Shown: positions 1-9,412, counted from the stretch's first letter. The stretch: DNA of 64,000 bases from Dehalococcoidia bacterium (GCA_963422635.1 OY730415.1:1139343-1203342), one strand, 5' to 3'. Program-made: numbers and translations. The notes: generated from the letters alone by a model not told the origin.

Positions 1-1334
1 CTCATACCGCTGCCGCCCTTGCTGAACAAGGGAACCAGAACCATCGGCGCAATCAACGTCGTCAACACGGTCATCATTATGCTGACGCCAAACAGGTCTT
101 GCCCGATAATGCCCTGAGCCAGGCCGATGCCGGCGATAATCAGCGCTACCTCGCCTCGGGGCATCATCCCCACCCCAACCCGGGCGCTGCCCCGCAGGTT
201 GAATCCGCTGAGCCGCGCCGGAATGCCGGAACCCAGCACCTTGGAAACTATCGCCAACACCGAAATTACCAGCCCAAAGACGATGCCATTCTGCATCGAG
301 CTCACATCCACCAGCATCCCCATCACCACAAAAAACACCGGCACCAAAAAGTCGGTTATTCCAGTCATCGACTCTTCCACCAGATGCCCCAAGCGGGTGG
401 TGGACAGCGCCAAACCAATTGAAAAAGCGCCAATAATAAAGGCCAGGCCAAACACCTCCGCCAAACCCGCCGCCAGCAGAGCCAACGCCAAGGGCAGCGC
501 CAGCAAAGCCCCGGTAGTGCGGAACTTGTCGAGGAATTTCTCGATGTAGGGAGCCACCAGGATGCCAATGGCGGTCAACCCCAGCCAGAATCCGATGGCC
601 TTAAAGCTAATCCAGCCCAAATTGCCCAGGGAAAAAGTTCCGGCGGCGCTGATGCCCACCACCACCGTCAGCACCAAAATGCCCAGCACATCATCCACCA
701 CGGCGGCGGCGATAATAGTAACTCCCTCCGGCTGGTCCAAGCGGTTCAGGTCCGCCAGCACCCGGGCCGTAATCCCCACCGAAGTAGCCGTCATAATGGC
801 CCCCATAAACAGGGCCTCCGGCGACAGCCAGCCGTCCGCTCCGGCAAAGCCCAGCAGCACCGTAGCGCCAACGCCCAAAACAAACGGAACTACTACCCCG
901 CCCAGGGCGACCGCGGTAGCCGGGCCGGCGTAGCGCAAAAACTGCCGCAGATTCGTCTCCAGCCCGATGGCGAACAGCAGAACGATGGAGCCGATTTGGG
1001 CCAGCGCATACAGCTCATTGCTGACCGGAATGGCCGCCGGCTCGCCCTCGGTCAAGGGCAAGGGAAAGAGCGGCCCCAAAGTGAAACCGGCCACCGTCAA
1101 GCTCAAGCCGCCCAGCGCAAAGGGGCCAATGAGGACGCCAACGCCCAACTCGGCCAGCACCGCCGGCAGTTTAAGAAACCGCGCCGCCAGTTCCCCGGCC
1201 ACCTTGGCCGCAAAGAGAATAATCGCCACTTGAATCAGCAACCGGATAATTAGCGAGTTTATTCCGTGCTCCCCCGAACCCCCGGCGGAAAACAGGGATA
1301 AGGGCAGCCCCAACTCCAAGATAACTGCATCCAT
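1..1334 (-). CDS. Cation:proton antiporter (CPA2, Kef/NapA-type); C-terminal part lies outside the window
   Basis: Absent from the ORF track because there is no stop inside the window. My reverse-strand translation from the ATG (complement of 1332-1334) is uninterrupted and very hydrophobic: MDAVILELGLPL...LLIQVAIILFAAKVAGELAARFLKLPAVLAELGVGVLIGPF...FAIGLETNL...GMMPRGEVALIIAG. These are typical Na+(K+)/H+ exchanger motifs. The + strand ORFs listed here are shadows. Confidence 0.85.
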   Translation of the reverse strand, partial: MDAVILELGLPLSLFSAGGSGEHGINSLIIRLLIQVAIILFAAKVAGELAARFLKLPAVLAELGVGVLIGPFALGGLSLTVAGFTLGPLFPLPLTEGEPAAIPVSNELYALAQIGSIVLLFAIGLETNLRQFLRYAGPATAVALGGVVVPFVLGVGATVLLGFAGADGWLSPEALFMGAIMTATSVGITARVLADLNRLDQPEGVTIIAAAVVDDVLGILVLTVVVGISAAGTFSLGNLGWISFKAIGFWLGLTAIGILVAPYIEKFLDKFRTTGALLALPLALALLAAGLAEVFGLAFIIGAFSIGLALSTTRLGHLVEESMTGITDFLVPVFFVVMGMLVDVSSMQNGIVFGLVISVLAIVSKVLGSGIPARLSGFNLRGSARVGVGMMPRGEVALIIAGIGLAQGIIGQDLFGVSIMMTVLTTLIAPMVLVPLFSKGGSGM

Positions 1335-1555
1335 AAATTACAGTAGAGCTCATCCTTTGGTGATAATTTTCACTAACCAGTATAACACCAGCAGGAACCC
1401 CGGGACAAACCGCCCCCGCTCCCGCCGAAACCCCAAAGATAACCGTTTGACCGTAAGAAACCAAAATCCGACCCCTGTCGCCATCTCGTCCACCCTCGCC
1501 GCTCCCTCAAAGAAGCGTAAGAAGAAAAAGGCGCCGGCGCCGCTATCCGCTCAAG

Positions 1556-1585
1556 TTGACAACTTAATAAGGGCTTTGATAGTAT
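1556..1585 (+). promoter_or_regulatory. Sigma70-like promoter upstream of the ThrC-like/NIL/CysO-like cluster
   Basis: TTGACA (1556-1561), 18 nt spacer, TAGTAT (1580-1585) preceded by TG (extended -10). It is followed by a GC-rich leader of about 150 nt before the first gene. Confidence 0.55.
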
Positions 1586-1732
1586 CATCAAGTCTAGCCG
1601 GGGCCTGCCCGGTTCCGTCCCGTCCGGCGCCGGCTCTTGGGCGCCATCGGCCAGCCAATCCGCGTTGCCTTGCCGGGACGAATGGGTTGCCGGGACAGAC
1701 GACCTACCCGTAACTGCCCCTAACTGGAGGTA

Positions 1733-3034
1733 TTGGCGACATTGGCTTTCGTAAGTGGATTGAGGTGCCGCGAATGCAGCCGAGAATACCCGGCTGAAGC
1801 CCTCAACGTTTGTGATTTTTGCTTCGGGCCGCTGGAGGTCGTTTACGACTACGCCGCCATCGCCGAGGTGGTCAGCCGAGACCGCATCGCCGCCGGCCCC
1901 CTCAGTATCTGGCGCTATCAGGACCTGCTGCCAGCCAACGGCGATGCGCCGGTGGACATCATGGCCGGCTATACCCCCCTGATTAAAGCAAAAAACCTCG
2001 GCAAACTCCTGGGGCTGAACAACCTGTACATCAAGAACGACAGCGTCAACCCCTCCTACTCCTTCAAAGACCGAGTAGTATCCGTGGCCGCCACCAAGGC
2101 GGTAGAGTTCGGCTTCGAGACCATCGCCTGCGCCTCTACCGGCAACTTGGCCTGTAGCGTAGCCGCCCACGCCGCCCGCGCCGGCATCCGCTCCGTAGTG
2201 TTCATCCCCTCCGACCTGGAACGCGGCAAAGTCATCGGCGCCGCCGTTTACGGCCCCACCATGGTGGCGGTAAACGGCACCTATGACGAAGTCAACCGCC
2301 TATGCAGCGAGGTGGGCGACAACTATCCCTGGGCCTTCGTCAACATCAATATGCGCCCCTACTACGCCGAAGGCAGCAAAACCCTCGGCTACGAAGTGGC
2401 GGAACAACTGGGCTGGCGCATCCCCGACCACGTGGTCATCCCCTCCGCCTCCGGCGCCATGTTCACCAAAATCTGGAAAGGCTTTAACGAACTGGCCTGC
2501 CTCGGCCTGCTGGAAGGGACGCCGCCCCTCACCTTCGGCCCCGACCAGAACACCGTCCACCACCCGGCGATCACCACCCGGATGCACATGACCCAAGCCG
2601 AAGGCTGCGCTCCCATCGTCAACGCCTGGACCGCCGGTCAAACCCAAGTGCGCCCCGTACGCCCAGACAGCATCGCCAAATCCCTCGCCATCGGCAACCC
2701 CGCCGACGGCATCTACGCCCTGCGCGTCATCAAAGAATCCGGCGGCAGCGCCTACGCCGTGCCGGAATCTCAAGTAGTCGCCGGCATCAAGCTGCTGGCC
2801 GAAACCGAAGGCATCTTCACCGAAACCGCCGGCGGCGTAACCATATCCGGCTTGAAACGCTTGGCCGAAAGCGGCGCCATCCAGCCCAACGAACTTACCG
2901 TTGTCTACATCACCGGCAACGGCCTGAAAACCCAGGAAGCGGTGGAAGACGTGGTCAACCCCCTCATGGTACGACCCACTATGAGCTCCTTCGAGGAGGC
3001 GCTGAACGGCCGGCCGCTGGGAATTACGCATTAG
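1733..3034 (+). CDS. Threonine-synthase-family PLP enzyme (ThrC-like; possibly a sulfur-carrier-dependent homocysteine synthase)
   Basis: 433 aa. It has an N-terminal Cys-rich zinc ribbon (CRECSREY...CDFCFGPLEV), then a PLP fold with the lysine motif NPSYSFKDRVV typical of ThrC. GGAGG lies at 1726-1730. The start is uncertain (TTG 1733 or TTG 1742). Confidence 0.85.
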   Translation: MATLAFVSGLRCRECSREYPAEALNVCDFCFGPLEVVYDYAAIAEVVSRDRIAAGPLSIWRYQDLLPANGDAPVDIMAGYTPLIKAKNLGKLLGLNNLYIKNDSVNPSYSFKDRVVSVAATKAVEFGFETIACASTGNLACSVAAHAARAGIRSVVFIPSDLERGKVIGAAVYGPTMVAVNGTYDEVNRLCSEVGDNYPWAFVNINMRPYYAEGSKTLGYEVAEQLGWRIPDHVVIPSASGAMFTKIWKGFNELACLGLLEGTPPLTFGPDQNTVHHPAITTRMHMTQAEGCAPIVNAWTAGQTQVRPVRPDSIAKSLAIGNPADGIYALRVIKESGGSAYAVPESQVVAGIKLLAETEGIFTETAGGVTISGLKRLAESGAIQPNELTVVYITGNGLKTQEAVEDVVNPLMVRPTMSSFEEALNGRPLGITH

Positions 3035-3097
3035 GAATCGGGAGTTAAATACGGATAACCCCAACTAGCGGTTCCAAGTTCGTAATTGAGGAATAAA

Positions 3098-3340
3098 ATG
3101 GGCAGGCAGCGGGTAAAGTTCACCTTTGAGGGCGAACTGGTCAAAGAGCCGATAATCTATCGGCTAGGCCGCGACTTTCACCTGGTCACTAACATCCGCC
3201 GCGCCCACGTCGGCGAGGCTATCGGCTGGGTGGTGCTGGAACTGGACGGCGAGAAAGAGGAAATTGAACGCGGCCTGCAATGGGTCAGTTCCACCGGAGT
3301 GCGCGTTGACCCAGTAAGCGGGGATGTAATCCAGGGCTAG
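3098..3340 (+). CDS. NIL-domain protein (stand-alone)
   Basis: 80 aa from ATG 3098, with GAGGA 5 nt upstream. KFTFEGELVKEPIIYRLGRDFHLVTNIRRAHV...GWVVLELDGEKEEIERGLQWV matches the NIL domain. That domain is found at the C-terminus of MetN methionine-transporter ATPases and in archaeal homocysteine-synthesis proteins. Confidence 0.7.
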   Translation: MGRQRVKFTFEGELVKEPIIYRLGRDFHLVTNIRRAHVGEAIGWVVLELDGEKEEIERGLQWVSSTGVRVDPVSGDVIQG

Positions 3341-3564
3341 ACCGCCGGAAGGACAAAGGCAAAAAGTGAACCCGAAGGACTAAATGTCGCCTATAGAACC
3401 CGATATACCCGCAAGCGGCTCTTAATCTCTGAACGCACCGCCGAAAAACTTTCCGATATAGCCGCTCTGCCAGACCGGCTGGAGCCGCCGGCCGATACCG
3501 AAGCGGCCACAGTCAACCGATAAGCTAATAAATAACTAATCGACAATAAAGGAGGAGCCCCCAG

Positions 3565-3840
3565 ATGCCGGTCATGGTTCGTATCCCCACGCCCCTGCGC
3601 CGTATGACCAATGGACAAGACAAGGTGGAACTGCAAGAGTCCCGCCTCTCCGAGCTGATCGAGAACCTGGAAACATCCTACCCCGGTTTCAAGGAACGAC
3701 TGATTGACGAGAACGGGGAATTGCGCTACTTCGTAAACATCTATCTCAACGGCGAAGACGTCCGCTTCCTGGAAGGCCTGGACACCGCCGCCGCCGCCGG
3801 CGACGAAATAAGCATCGTCCCCGCCGTAGCTGGCGGCTGA
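3565..3840 (+). CDS. CysO/MoaD/ThiS-family sulfur-carrier protein with C-terminal Gly-Gly
   Basis: 91 aa with an AAAGGAGG RBS. IPTPLRRMTNGQ...FVNIYLNGEDVRF...GDEISIVPAVAGG is collinear with my recollection of M. tuberculosis CysO. The GG end is the thiocarboxylation site. Confidence 0.85.
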   Translation: MPVMVRIPTPLRRMTNGQDKVELQESRLSELIENLETSYPGFKERLIDENGELRYFVNIYLNGEDVRFLEGLDTAAAAGDEISIVPAVAGG

Positions 3841-3978
3841 CCCGCCGCCTCGGCAATGAAGACTTGGCGCTCAACTATCCTCCCCGACCCAGCCGGCGGC
3901 CGACCCGCCGCCCAGCCTCCCGCCGCTACCCCGGCCGGCGCCGACCATCCCCCTGCCCTGGCCGGGGAGTTATCCATA

Positions 3979-4052
3979 CGCTCGGTATGCTGGGATATAA
4001 CGCAGTCGCCGCCGCCAAGCCGACCCGCCCGCTCGGTATGCTGAGATATAAC
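3979..4052. repeat. Pair of 23-nt direct repeats (1 mismatch), 51-nt period
   Basis: CGCTCGGTATGCTGGGATATAAC occurs at 3979-4001 and CGCTCGGTATGCTGAGATATAAC at 4030-4052, inside a 930-bp non-coding tract. Confidence 0.9.
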
Positions 4053-4130
4053 CCCGGTCCATTGTCCGCCTCCCCGCCCGGGCCGACGGCCGCCCCCTAC
4101 CCCTCTACCCTCCCGCCGCCTCCCCCAGAG

Positions 4131-4144
4131 TCAGCCGGAATGAC
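4131..4144. repeat. REP-like palindromic element copy (half-site TCAGCCGGAATGAC)
   Basis: Matches the GTCATTCCGGC / GCCGGAATGAC motif that recurs in intergenic DNA at 4445, 32296, 34667, 37338 and 45126. Confidence 0.6.
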
Positions 4145-4444
4145 TACCGCCATAACCTCATCGACCTAAACCCCTAGTAGCGGGCCCGGCTCCCGTTGCG
4201 CCTGACCGAAGCGCAGCTTTCACCCCAACTCCCTTCGGCCCTTAACCCAGCCTCGCCCCTTTCCCCCGGCCGGCGCCGGCAGACGCCGCGGCTTACCGCC
4301 TGCAGAAAGAAATGCCCGTCATCCATCTCGATATCATCCTGGTTGGCTTCGGTCGCCGCTCCTACGGTATAGCTGGTATAGCTGCCGACCATCAGAGTGG
4401 CCCCCATCTTGGAACCTCTCCGGAAACCGCTGTTATCATCCCCC

Positions 4445-4466
4445 GTCATTCCCCGGCCCCGCCCGG
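4445..4466. repeat. REP-like element copy (degenerate)
   Basis: GTCATTCCCCGGCCCCGCCCGG, immediately abutting the ~70-bp tandem repeat. Confidence 0.45.
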
Positions 4467-4606
4467 CACCCAGGAGTACTACCCCCCCGGCCTGATTTCT
4501 TGCGCCAACCATCATTGGACTCCGGCCCCGCCCGGCACCCAGGAGTACTACCCCCCCCCGGCCTGATTTCTTGCGCCAACCATCATTGGACTCCGGCCCC
4601 GCCCGG
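4453..4606. repeat. Tandem repeat, ~69-71 bp unit, about 2.2 copies
   Basis: The unit CCGGCCCCGCCCGGCACCCAGGAGTACTAC(C7-9)GGCCTGATTTCTTGCGCCAACCATCATTGGACT starts at 4453, 4522 and 4593 (the last copy is partial). The copies differ only in poly-C length (7 vs 9). Confidence 0.9.
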
Positions 4607-4790
4607 AAGAACGACGGTAGCGGATTTGGCGGCATCGTTTGGTTGACAACCGGCCCGATTGGCCCGATTGTTCGCGCCCCCCTTCAACCTACCCCTCTGG
4701 CAGACCGCCCTTGCCTAAACCCCTTCAATCCGCCTAATCTGCCAGATAGCAATTGCCTAAACCCCTCTTTTGCCGGACAATGTAACCCTA

Positions 4791-6089
4791 ATGCGCTATA
4801 ACATCTTGCCCGCCGCCGGACTTAGCCGGTTCCTGCCTTCGTCGATGCGCTACGGCCAGTTCCGCTACTACTGGCTGGCCCTGCTCACCGGGGTAACCGG
4901 GCACCAAATGTTGTTCCAGTTCACCCTTGGCTGGCTGATGTTCGACCTTACCGGCGAGCCCCTCTACCTGGCCTACCTGGGAATGGCGCTCGCCCTGCCG
5001 GCCCTGGCCCTCAACCTGCTCGGCGGCGTGCTGGCCGACCGCCTGGAACCCCGGGCCCTGGTAGCCGGCGCCCAGAGTATGTCCGCCACCGTGGTGACCC
5101 TGCTAGCCCTCCTGACCCTGCTAGGCCAGGTCGAACCCTGGCACATCCTGCTAACCGCCTTCATCGCCGGCGTCGGCCAAGCCTTTGACCAACCCAGCCG
5201 CGCCAGCATCTTCCCCCGGCTAGTAGACCGAGCGCATATCGTTAACGCCGTGGCCATGGAATCCGTCGTCTGGAACGGAGTGCGCATCCTGGCCCCCGCC
5301 CTGGCCGGCCTGGTCATCGACCGGCTAAGCATCGAAACCTCTATGTTCCTCAGCGCCGCCTCCTTCTACGTCCTGGCGATCGTGATCTCCCAGCTCCGGC
5401 TCCGGCCCCGCGCCCCGGCCACCGGCCAGGTTATCCGGCAAATCGGCGACAGCTTCCGTTACGTGCGAAACCACCCCCTGTTCCTCTATATCATGCTGCT
5501 CACCTTTTGCAACAGCCTGTTCGGTATGGCCTACATCCTGCTAATGCCGGTCCTCGCCGAAGAATCCCTGAAAGTGAGCGCGGAACAAGCGGGCGGCCTC
5601 CTGGGCGCGTCCGGCGTGGGCGCCCTGGCCGGCAACTGGATCATCGGCAGCCTCAAACCCGGCAGCCGCCTCGGCCAACTAATCCTCGGCGGCGCAATGC
5701 TCTACGGAGGTTGCCTAATTCTCTTTGCCCTGGCCGCCTGGCAATCCCTTTACTGGGCATCGATGGCGATCCTCTTTGTCGCCGGCATCAACTTCTCCCT
5801 ATACCTGGTCGGCGGCTTGAGCACGCTCCAAGAACTGGTGCCCGACGGCATCCGCGGCCGGGTAATGGGCCTGTACGGCGCCACCTGGAGCCTGGGGCCC
5901 CTGGGAATGGCCCAAGGAGGCTTCATCGCCCAATACCTGGGCGCCCCCTTGGCCGTGGCCCTCGGCGCCAGCGTCATCCTGGTTATAGCCCTGCTGATTT
6001 ACCTGTTCCGTCCCGACGTCCGCAACTTCCGCCGCCAAGCCAAGCGCGCCCAAACCGAACAGCCGGCCGCTGCGACCGCCAACGACTAG
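4791..6089 (+). CDS. MFS transporter (EntS/MFS_3-like exporter)
   Basis: ORF 4770-6089 is hydrophobic throughout, with about 12 TM segments. FRYYWLALLTGVTGHQM and LADRLEPR are MFS-type motifs. The start is uncertain (TTG 4770, ATG 4791 or ATG 4845). Confidence 0.8.
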   Translation: MRYNILPAAGLSRFLPSSMRYGQFRYYWLALLTGVTGHQMLFQFTLGWLMFDLTGEPLYLAYLGMALALPALALNLLGGVLADRLEPRALVAGAQSMSATVVTLLALLTLLGQVEPWHILLTAFIAGVGQAFDQPSRASIFPRLVDRAHIVNAVAMESVVWNGVRILAPALAGLVIDRLSIETSMFLSAASFYVLAIVISQLRLRPRAPATGQVIRQIGDSFRYVRNHPLFLYIMLLTFCNSLFGMAYILLMPVLAEESLKVSAEQAGGLLGASGVGALAGNWIIGSLKPGSRLGQLILGGAMLYGGCLILFALAAWQSLYWASMAILFVAGINFSLYLVGGLSTLQELVPDGIRGRVMGLYGATWSLGPLGMAQGGFIAQYLGAPLAVALGASVILVIALLIYLFRPDVRNFRRQAKRAQTEQPAAATAND

Positions 6090-6122
6090 CTTAAACACCA
6101 ACTCTCATCTAAAGGAGCGATT

Positions 6123-6503
6123 ATGAGCAGTCAAGACCCTACCCCTAGCTATAACCCCCTATCGCCGGAGGAGCGCTACATCATCGAGCAAAAAGGCACC
6201 GAACCGCCCTTTACCGGGGAATATGACGACTTCTATGACGAAGGCGTCTATCTCTGCCGCCGCTGCGACGCCGAACTATACCGCTCCGCCGACAAATTTA
6301 ACGCCCACTGCGGCTGGCCCGCCTTTGACCGGGAAATCCCCGAGGCAGTGCGCCAACTGCCCGACCCGGACGGAATGCGCACCGAAGTTGAATGCGCCCA
6401 CTGCGGCGGACACCTGGGCCACGTCTTCTTCGGCGAAGGATTTACCCCCGCCAACGCCCGCCACTGCATAAACTCCCGGTCTATGCGCTTCATCCCCAGC
6501 TAA
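6123..6503 (+). CDS. msrB: Peptide-methionine (R)-S-oxide reductase
   Basis: CRRCDAELYRS...HCGWPAF...CAHCGGHLGHVF...RHCINS: two CxxC zinc motifs and the catalytic Cys of the SelR/MsrB domain. GGAG RBS upstream. Confidence 0.93.
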   Translation: MSSQDPTPSYNPLSPEERYIIEQKGTEPPFTGEYDDFYDEGVYLCRRCDAELYRSADKFNAHCGWPAFDREIPEAVRQLPDPDGMRTEVECAHCGGHLGHVFFGEGFTPANARHCINSRSMRFIPS

Positions 6504-6606
6504 CTCCGGGGCGCCCCGGCGGGATAACCCAAGAAACAACCGACTTGTTAGAGCAAGGGCCGGCGTGGTATCCTTATCCTTGCTAACCGCGCTAACCGCC
6601 AAACGG

Positions 6607-6681
6607 GTCCCTGTAGCTCAACGGATAGAGTGCTGGCCTCCGGAGCCAGAGATGAGAGTTCGACCCTCTCCAGGGATACCA
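6607..6681 (+). tRNA. tRNA-Arg (anticodon CCG), CCA encoded
   Basis: Manual cloverleaf: acceptor GTCCCTG/CAGGGAT; D arm GCTC-AACGGATA-GAGT; anticodon arm CTGGC-CTCCGGA-GCCAG; T arm GAGAG-TTCGACC-CTCTC; discriminator A plus CCA. Confidence 0.9.
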
Positions 6682-6807
6682 CCGGCTTAGCCGGTTCAAT
6701 TCCCGCAACCCGGCCCTTCCACCCCTCCGGTAGCTGAAACTGTCGGGCAATCAGATAGCCGGGTAATCGGGTAATCAAGTTGTCAGGCATCAGGTAAATG
6801 GTACTGT

Positions 6808-6882
6808 CGGGGCGTGGCCCAGCGGCAGGGCGCCTGGTTTGGGACCAGGAGGTCGGCAGTTCGAATCTGCCCGCCCCGACCA
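6808..6882 (+). tRNA. tRNA-Pro (anticodon TGG), CCA encoded
   Basis: Acceptor CGGGGCG/CGCCCCG; D arm GCCC-AGCGGCA-GGGC; anticodon arm CCTGG-TTTGGGA-CCAGG; T arm GGCAG-TTCGAAT-CTGCC; A plus CCA. Confidence 0.92.
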
Positions 6883-7029
6883 TCCTTCCCTTTGGCCCGC
6901 CGGCCCCGACCTTTCCGGTGTTTTACGCTGACCCTCCTCAACAATAAACCATAGACTTTTCTCGGCCCAGACCATAGACTAACTCTCGACTACCCTCGGC
7001 CACTCCCAAACCCGCCCCGGAGGTTCGCT

Positions 7030-8082
7030 ATGCCCGTCTTCCCCCACCAATACCTGCATAAAATCGCCTACCACATCTACGTCGCCAAAGGAACGCCCGA
7101 AGAGGAGGCGGAAACCGTCGCCGCCCACCAGATAAAATCCAACCTGGTCGGCCACGACTCCCACGGCATCATCCAGCTTACGGAGTATTGCAGCCGCATC
7201 GACCGGGGCCACATCGTCCCTGGCGCCCCCTTCGTGGTGGAGCGGGAAACCCCCAACACCGCCGTCATCAACGGCAACTGGGGCTTCGGCTTTGTGGTTA
7301 CCGAAAAGGCGATGCGGCTGGCCATCGACAAGGCCAAACAACACGGCGTCGCCGCCCTGACCATCCACCACCAAAGCCACGTCGGACGGGTGGGCGACTA
7401 CCCCGCCATGGCCATCAACGAAGGGATGATCGGCCTGGTAACCGCCGACTCCGGCGCCGGCCCCAAGAACGCCGCCCCCTTTGGCGGCCTGGCCCGGCGC
7501 CTTGGCACCAACCCCATATCCATCGGCGTGCCCAGCGACCTGGCCGGCCCAGTGCTGCTGGATATGGCCACCAGCGCAGTGGCCATGGGCAAGATAAACC
7601 TCCAGCGCAGCCGCAACGAACCAGTACCCCTGGGCTGGATTGTGGACAAAGACGGCAACCCCACCACCGACCCCAACGACTACTTCGCCGGCGGCGCCAT
7701 CCTGCCCGTAGGCGCCGACCAGGGACACAAAGGCTACGGCCTATCCTTCATGGTCGAGATGTTCTCCGGCCTGCTCACCGGTCTGGGCTTTGGCATCGAC
7801 CCCCAGGCCCGCCACAACGACGGCGTCTTCATCTCCGTTTACAACGTAGAACATTTCCGTCCCCTGGCCGACTTCAAGCGGGAGATGCGAGAATTCGTCG
7901 AGTTTATCAAAACCTCGCCCCCGGCCGTCGGCTTCACCGAGGTGCTTTACCCGGGCGAAATGGAATACAACACCGAACTGAAACGCCGAAAAGAAGGCAT
8001 CTACATCGAGGACGAAACCTGGAACAGCCTAACCAACCTAATGCAGGAACTCAAGGTCGCCGACGCAGTAGGCCAGCCGTAG
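7030..8082 (+). CDS. Ldh_2-family oxidoreductase (malate/L-lactate/sulfolactate dehydrogenase-like)
   Basis: 350 aa with NLVGHDSHGI, HHQSHVGRVGDY, GTNPISIG and GHKGYGL motifs of the Ldh_2 family. GGAGG RBS. Confidence 0.85.
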   Translation: MPVFPHQYLHKIAYHIYVAKGTPEEEAETVAAHQIKSNLVGHDSHGIIQLTEYCSRIDRGHIVPGAPFVVERETPNTAVINGNWGFGFVVTEKAMRLAIDKAKQHGVAALTIHHQSHVGRVGDYPAMAINEGMIGLVTADSGAGPKNAAPFGGLARRLGTNPISIGVPSDLAGPVLLDMATSAVAMGKINLQRSRNEPVPLGWIVDKDGNPTTDPNDYFAGGAILPVGADQGHKGYGLSFMVEMFSGLLTGLGFGIDPQARHNDGVFISVYNVEHFRPLADFKREMREFVEFIKTSPPAVGFTEVLYPGEMEYNTELKRRKEGIYIEDETWNSLTNLMQELKVADAVGQP

Positions 8083-8100
8083 GGTAGCAAGTAAGCTCCC

Positions 8101-8162
8101 TTATTACAAAAAATTGTAGCAAACGAAAAATAGCTATAATTTTTCGCCCTTTTTTGTAATAA
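8101..8162. promoter_or_regulatory. 13-bp perfect inverted repeat enclosing a TATAAT box, upstream of the Fic gene
   Basis: TTATTACAAAAAA (8101-8113) and TTTTTTGTAATAA (8150-8162) flank a 36-nt AT-rich spacer that contains TATAAT at 8135-8140. Confidence 0.5.
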
Positions 8163-8272
8163 CAACGGAAACTCGGAGTAAATTACCTTGTAGCCGAAAA
8201 GTCGCCTTCTGCATCCTAACTCTCAATCTTTACCGGCTGGAAAGGATTAAGCGGTCGACAAAGGACTAGCTT

Positions 8273-9412
8273 ATGGCTCACCGTAGCGGACAGTATATCC
8301 AACAACCCGCCGACTACCGGGCTTTTATTCCTAACCCTTTGCCGCCGGAGCCGTCCCTGAATCTGGACGCGGAAATGCTGCGGCTGCTTTCCGTTGCCGA
8401 TCAATCCTTGGGCCGGCTGGACGGCATAGCGGATACGCTGCCCAACCCTGACCTGTTTGTACGTATGTATGTACGCAAAGAGGCAGTGTTGAGTTCTCAA
8501 ATTGAAGGGACTCAAGCCTCTCTGACCGATATTCTGGAATACGAAGCCAACGTAGGCCATCGCCAGTTACCAAACGACGTGTTGGAAACCTTCAACTAGG
8601 TCAAAGCCTTGAACACCGGGTTAGAGCGGCTTGATGAGTTGCCGCTGTGCAATCGGTTGCTTCGAGAAATCCACGGCATCCTGATGCAAGGCGTCCGAGG
8701 TCAAGAAAGGTCGCCGGGGGAGTTTCGCCCATCGCAGAACTGGATCGGCAAACCCGGTAGCGCGCTCAACACTGCAACCTACATCCCGCCTCCCCCGGAT
8801 GAAATGACCTTGGCAATGAGCGATCTGGAGTTTTACCTGAACTCGGACTCACCCACGCCCGTTTTAATAAAATGCGGGCTGGCCCACGGGCAGTTCGAGA
8901 TGATTCACCCCTTCCTCGACGGCAATGGCCGGTTGGGACGGCTATTGATTACTTTCCTTTTATGCCAGCGGAAGGCGCTGACCCGTTCCCTGCTTTACCT
9001 CAGCGCCTACTTCAAACAAAATCAGGACGAATACTATGACCGGCTCTATGGAATCAGTAGCGGTGGGGATTGGGAAGGCTGGCTAAAGTTCTTTCTGAAA
9101 GGCGTCGGCCAAATCTCCCAAGAGGCCACGGAAACCGCCCGCAGGATAATCGCAATTCGGGAAGAACACCGTCAACTTGTCAACCGGAGGGTCGGAGGGA
9201 GAAACGCCCTAACCCTGCTTGATGCGCTCTACCAAAAGCCGGTGGTCACTGTGGCCGACTTAGCTAGTATGCTCAATGTTTCTTACGTTACCGCTAATAA
9301 CCTGGCGCATAGCTTTGAGAATATCGGCATTTTGGAAGAACTCACCCAACGCCCCCGAAACAAGGTTTACCGGTATAAACCTTTCCTGGACATTCTAAAC
9401 CGAAACTTGTAA
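8273..9412 (+). pseudogene. Fic/DOC-family (AMPylase-type) gene interrupted by one in-frame TAG (8597-8599)
   Basis: ORFs 8273-8599 and 8609-9412 are in the same frame. The N-part carries the inhibitory motif SSQIEG, matching (S/T)xxxE(G/N). The C-part carries the Fic active site HPFLDGNGRLGR and a C-terminal wHTH-like tail. The stop sits in ...DVLETFN*VKALNTG, where I recall homologs reading E-V-x-N-Y-x-x-A-L. Confidence 0.75.

Noticed and set aside
1586-1732. SAM/Met riboswitch in the leader of the ThrC-like cluster (ATCAAG..., ...GCCAATCC... resemble SAM-I fragments).
   Set aside because: I could not assemble the conserved SAM-I, SAM-IV or SAM-II cores or a P1 helix by eye. It is left as a leader of unknown structure and needs an Infernal scan.
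4174-4635. 153-aa minus-strand ORF with an internally repeated peptide (VVLLGAGRGR...).
   Set aside because: The repeated peptide is simply the translation of the ~70-bp tandem DNA repeat. There is no RBS and the composition is not protein-like.
6683-6720. tRNA-like fragment (GCCGGTTCAATTCCCGC, T-loop-like) between the two tRNA genes, a possible att-site remnant.
   Set aside because: The flanking bases do not form a T-stem or acceptor stem, and no integrase or matching repeat is nearby.
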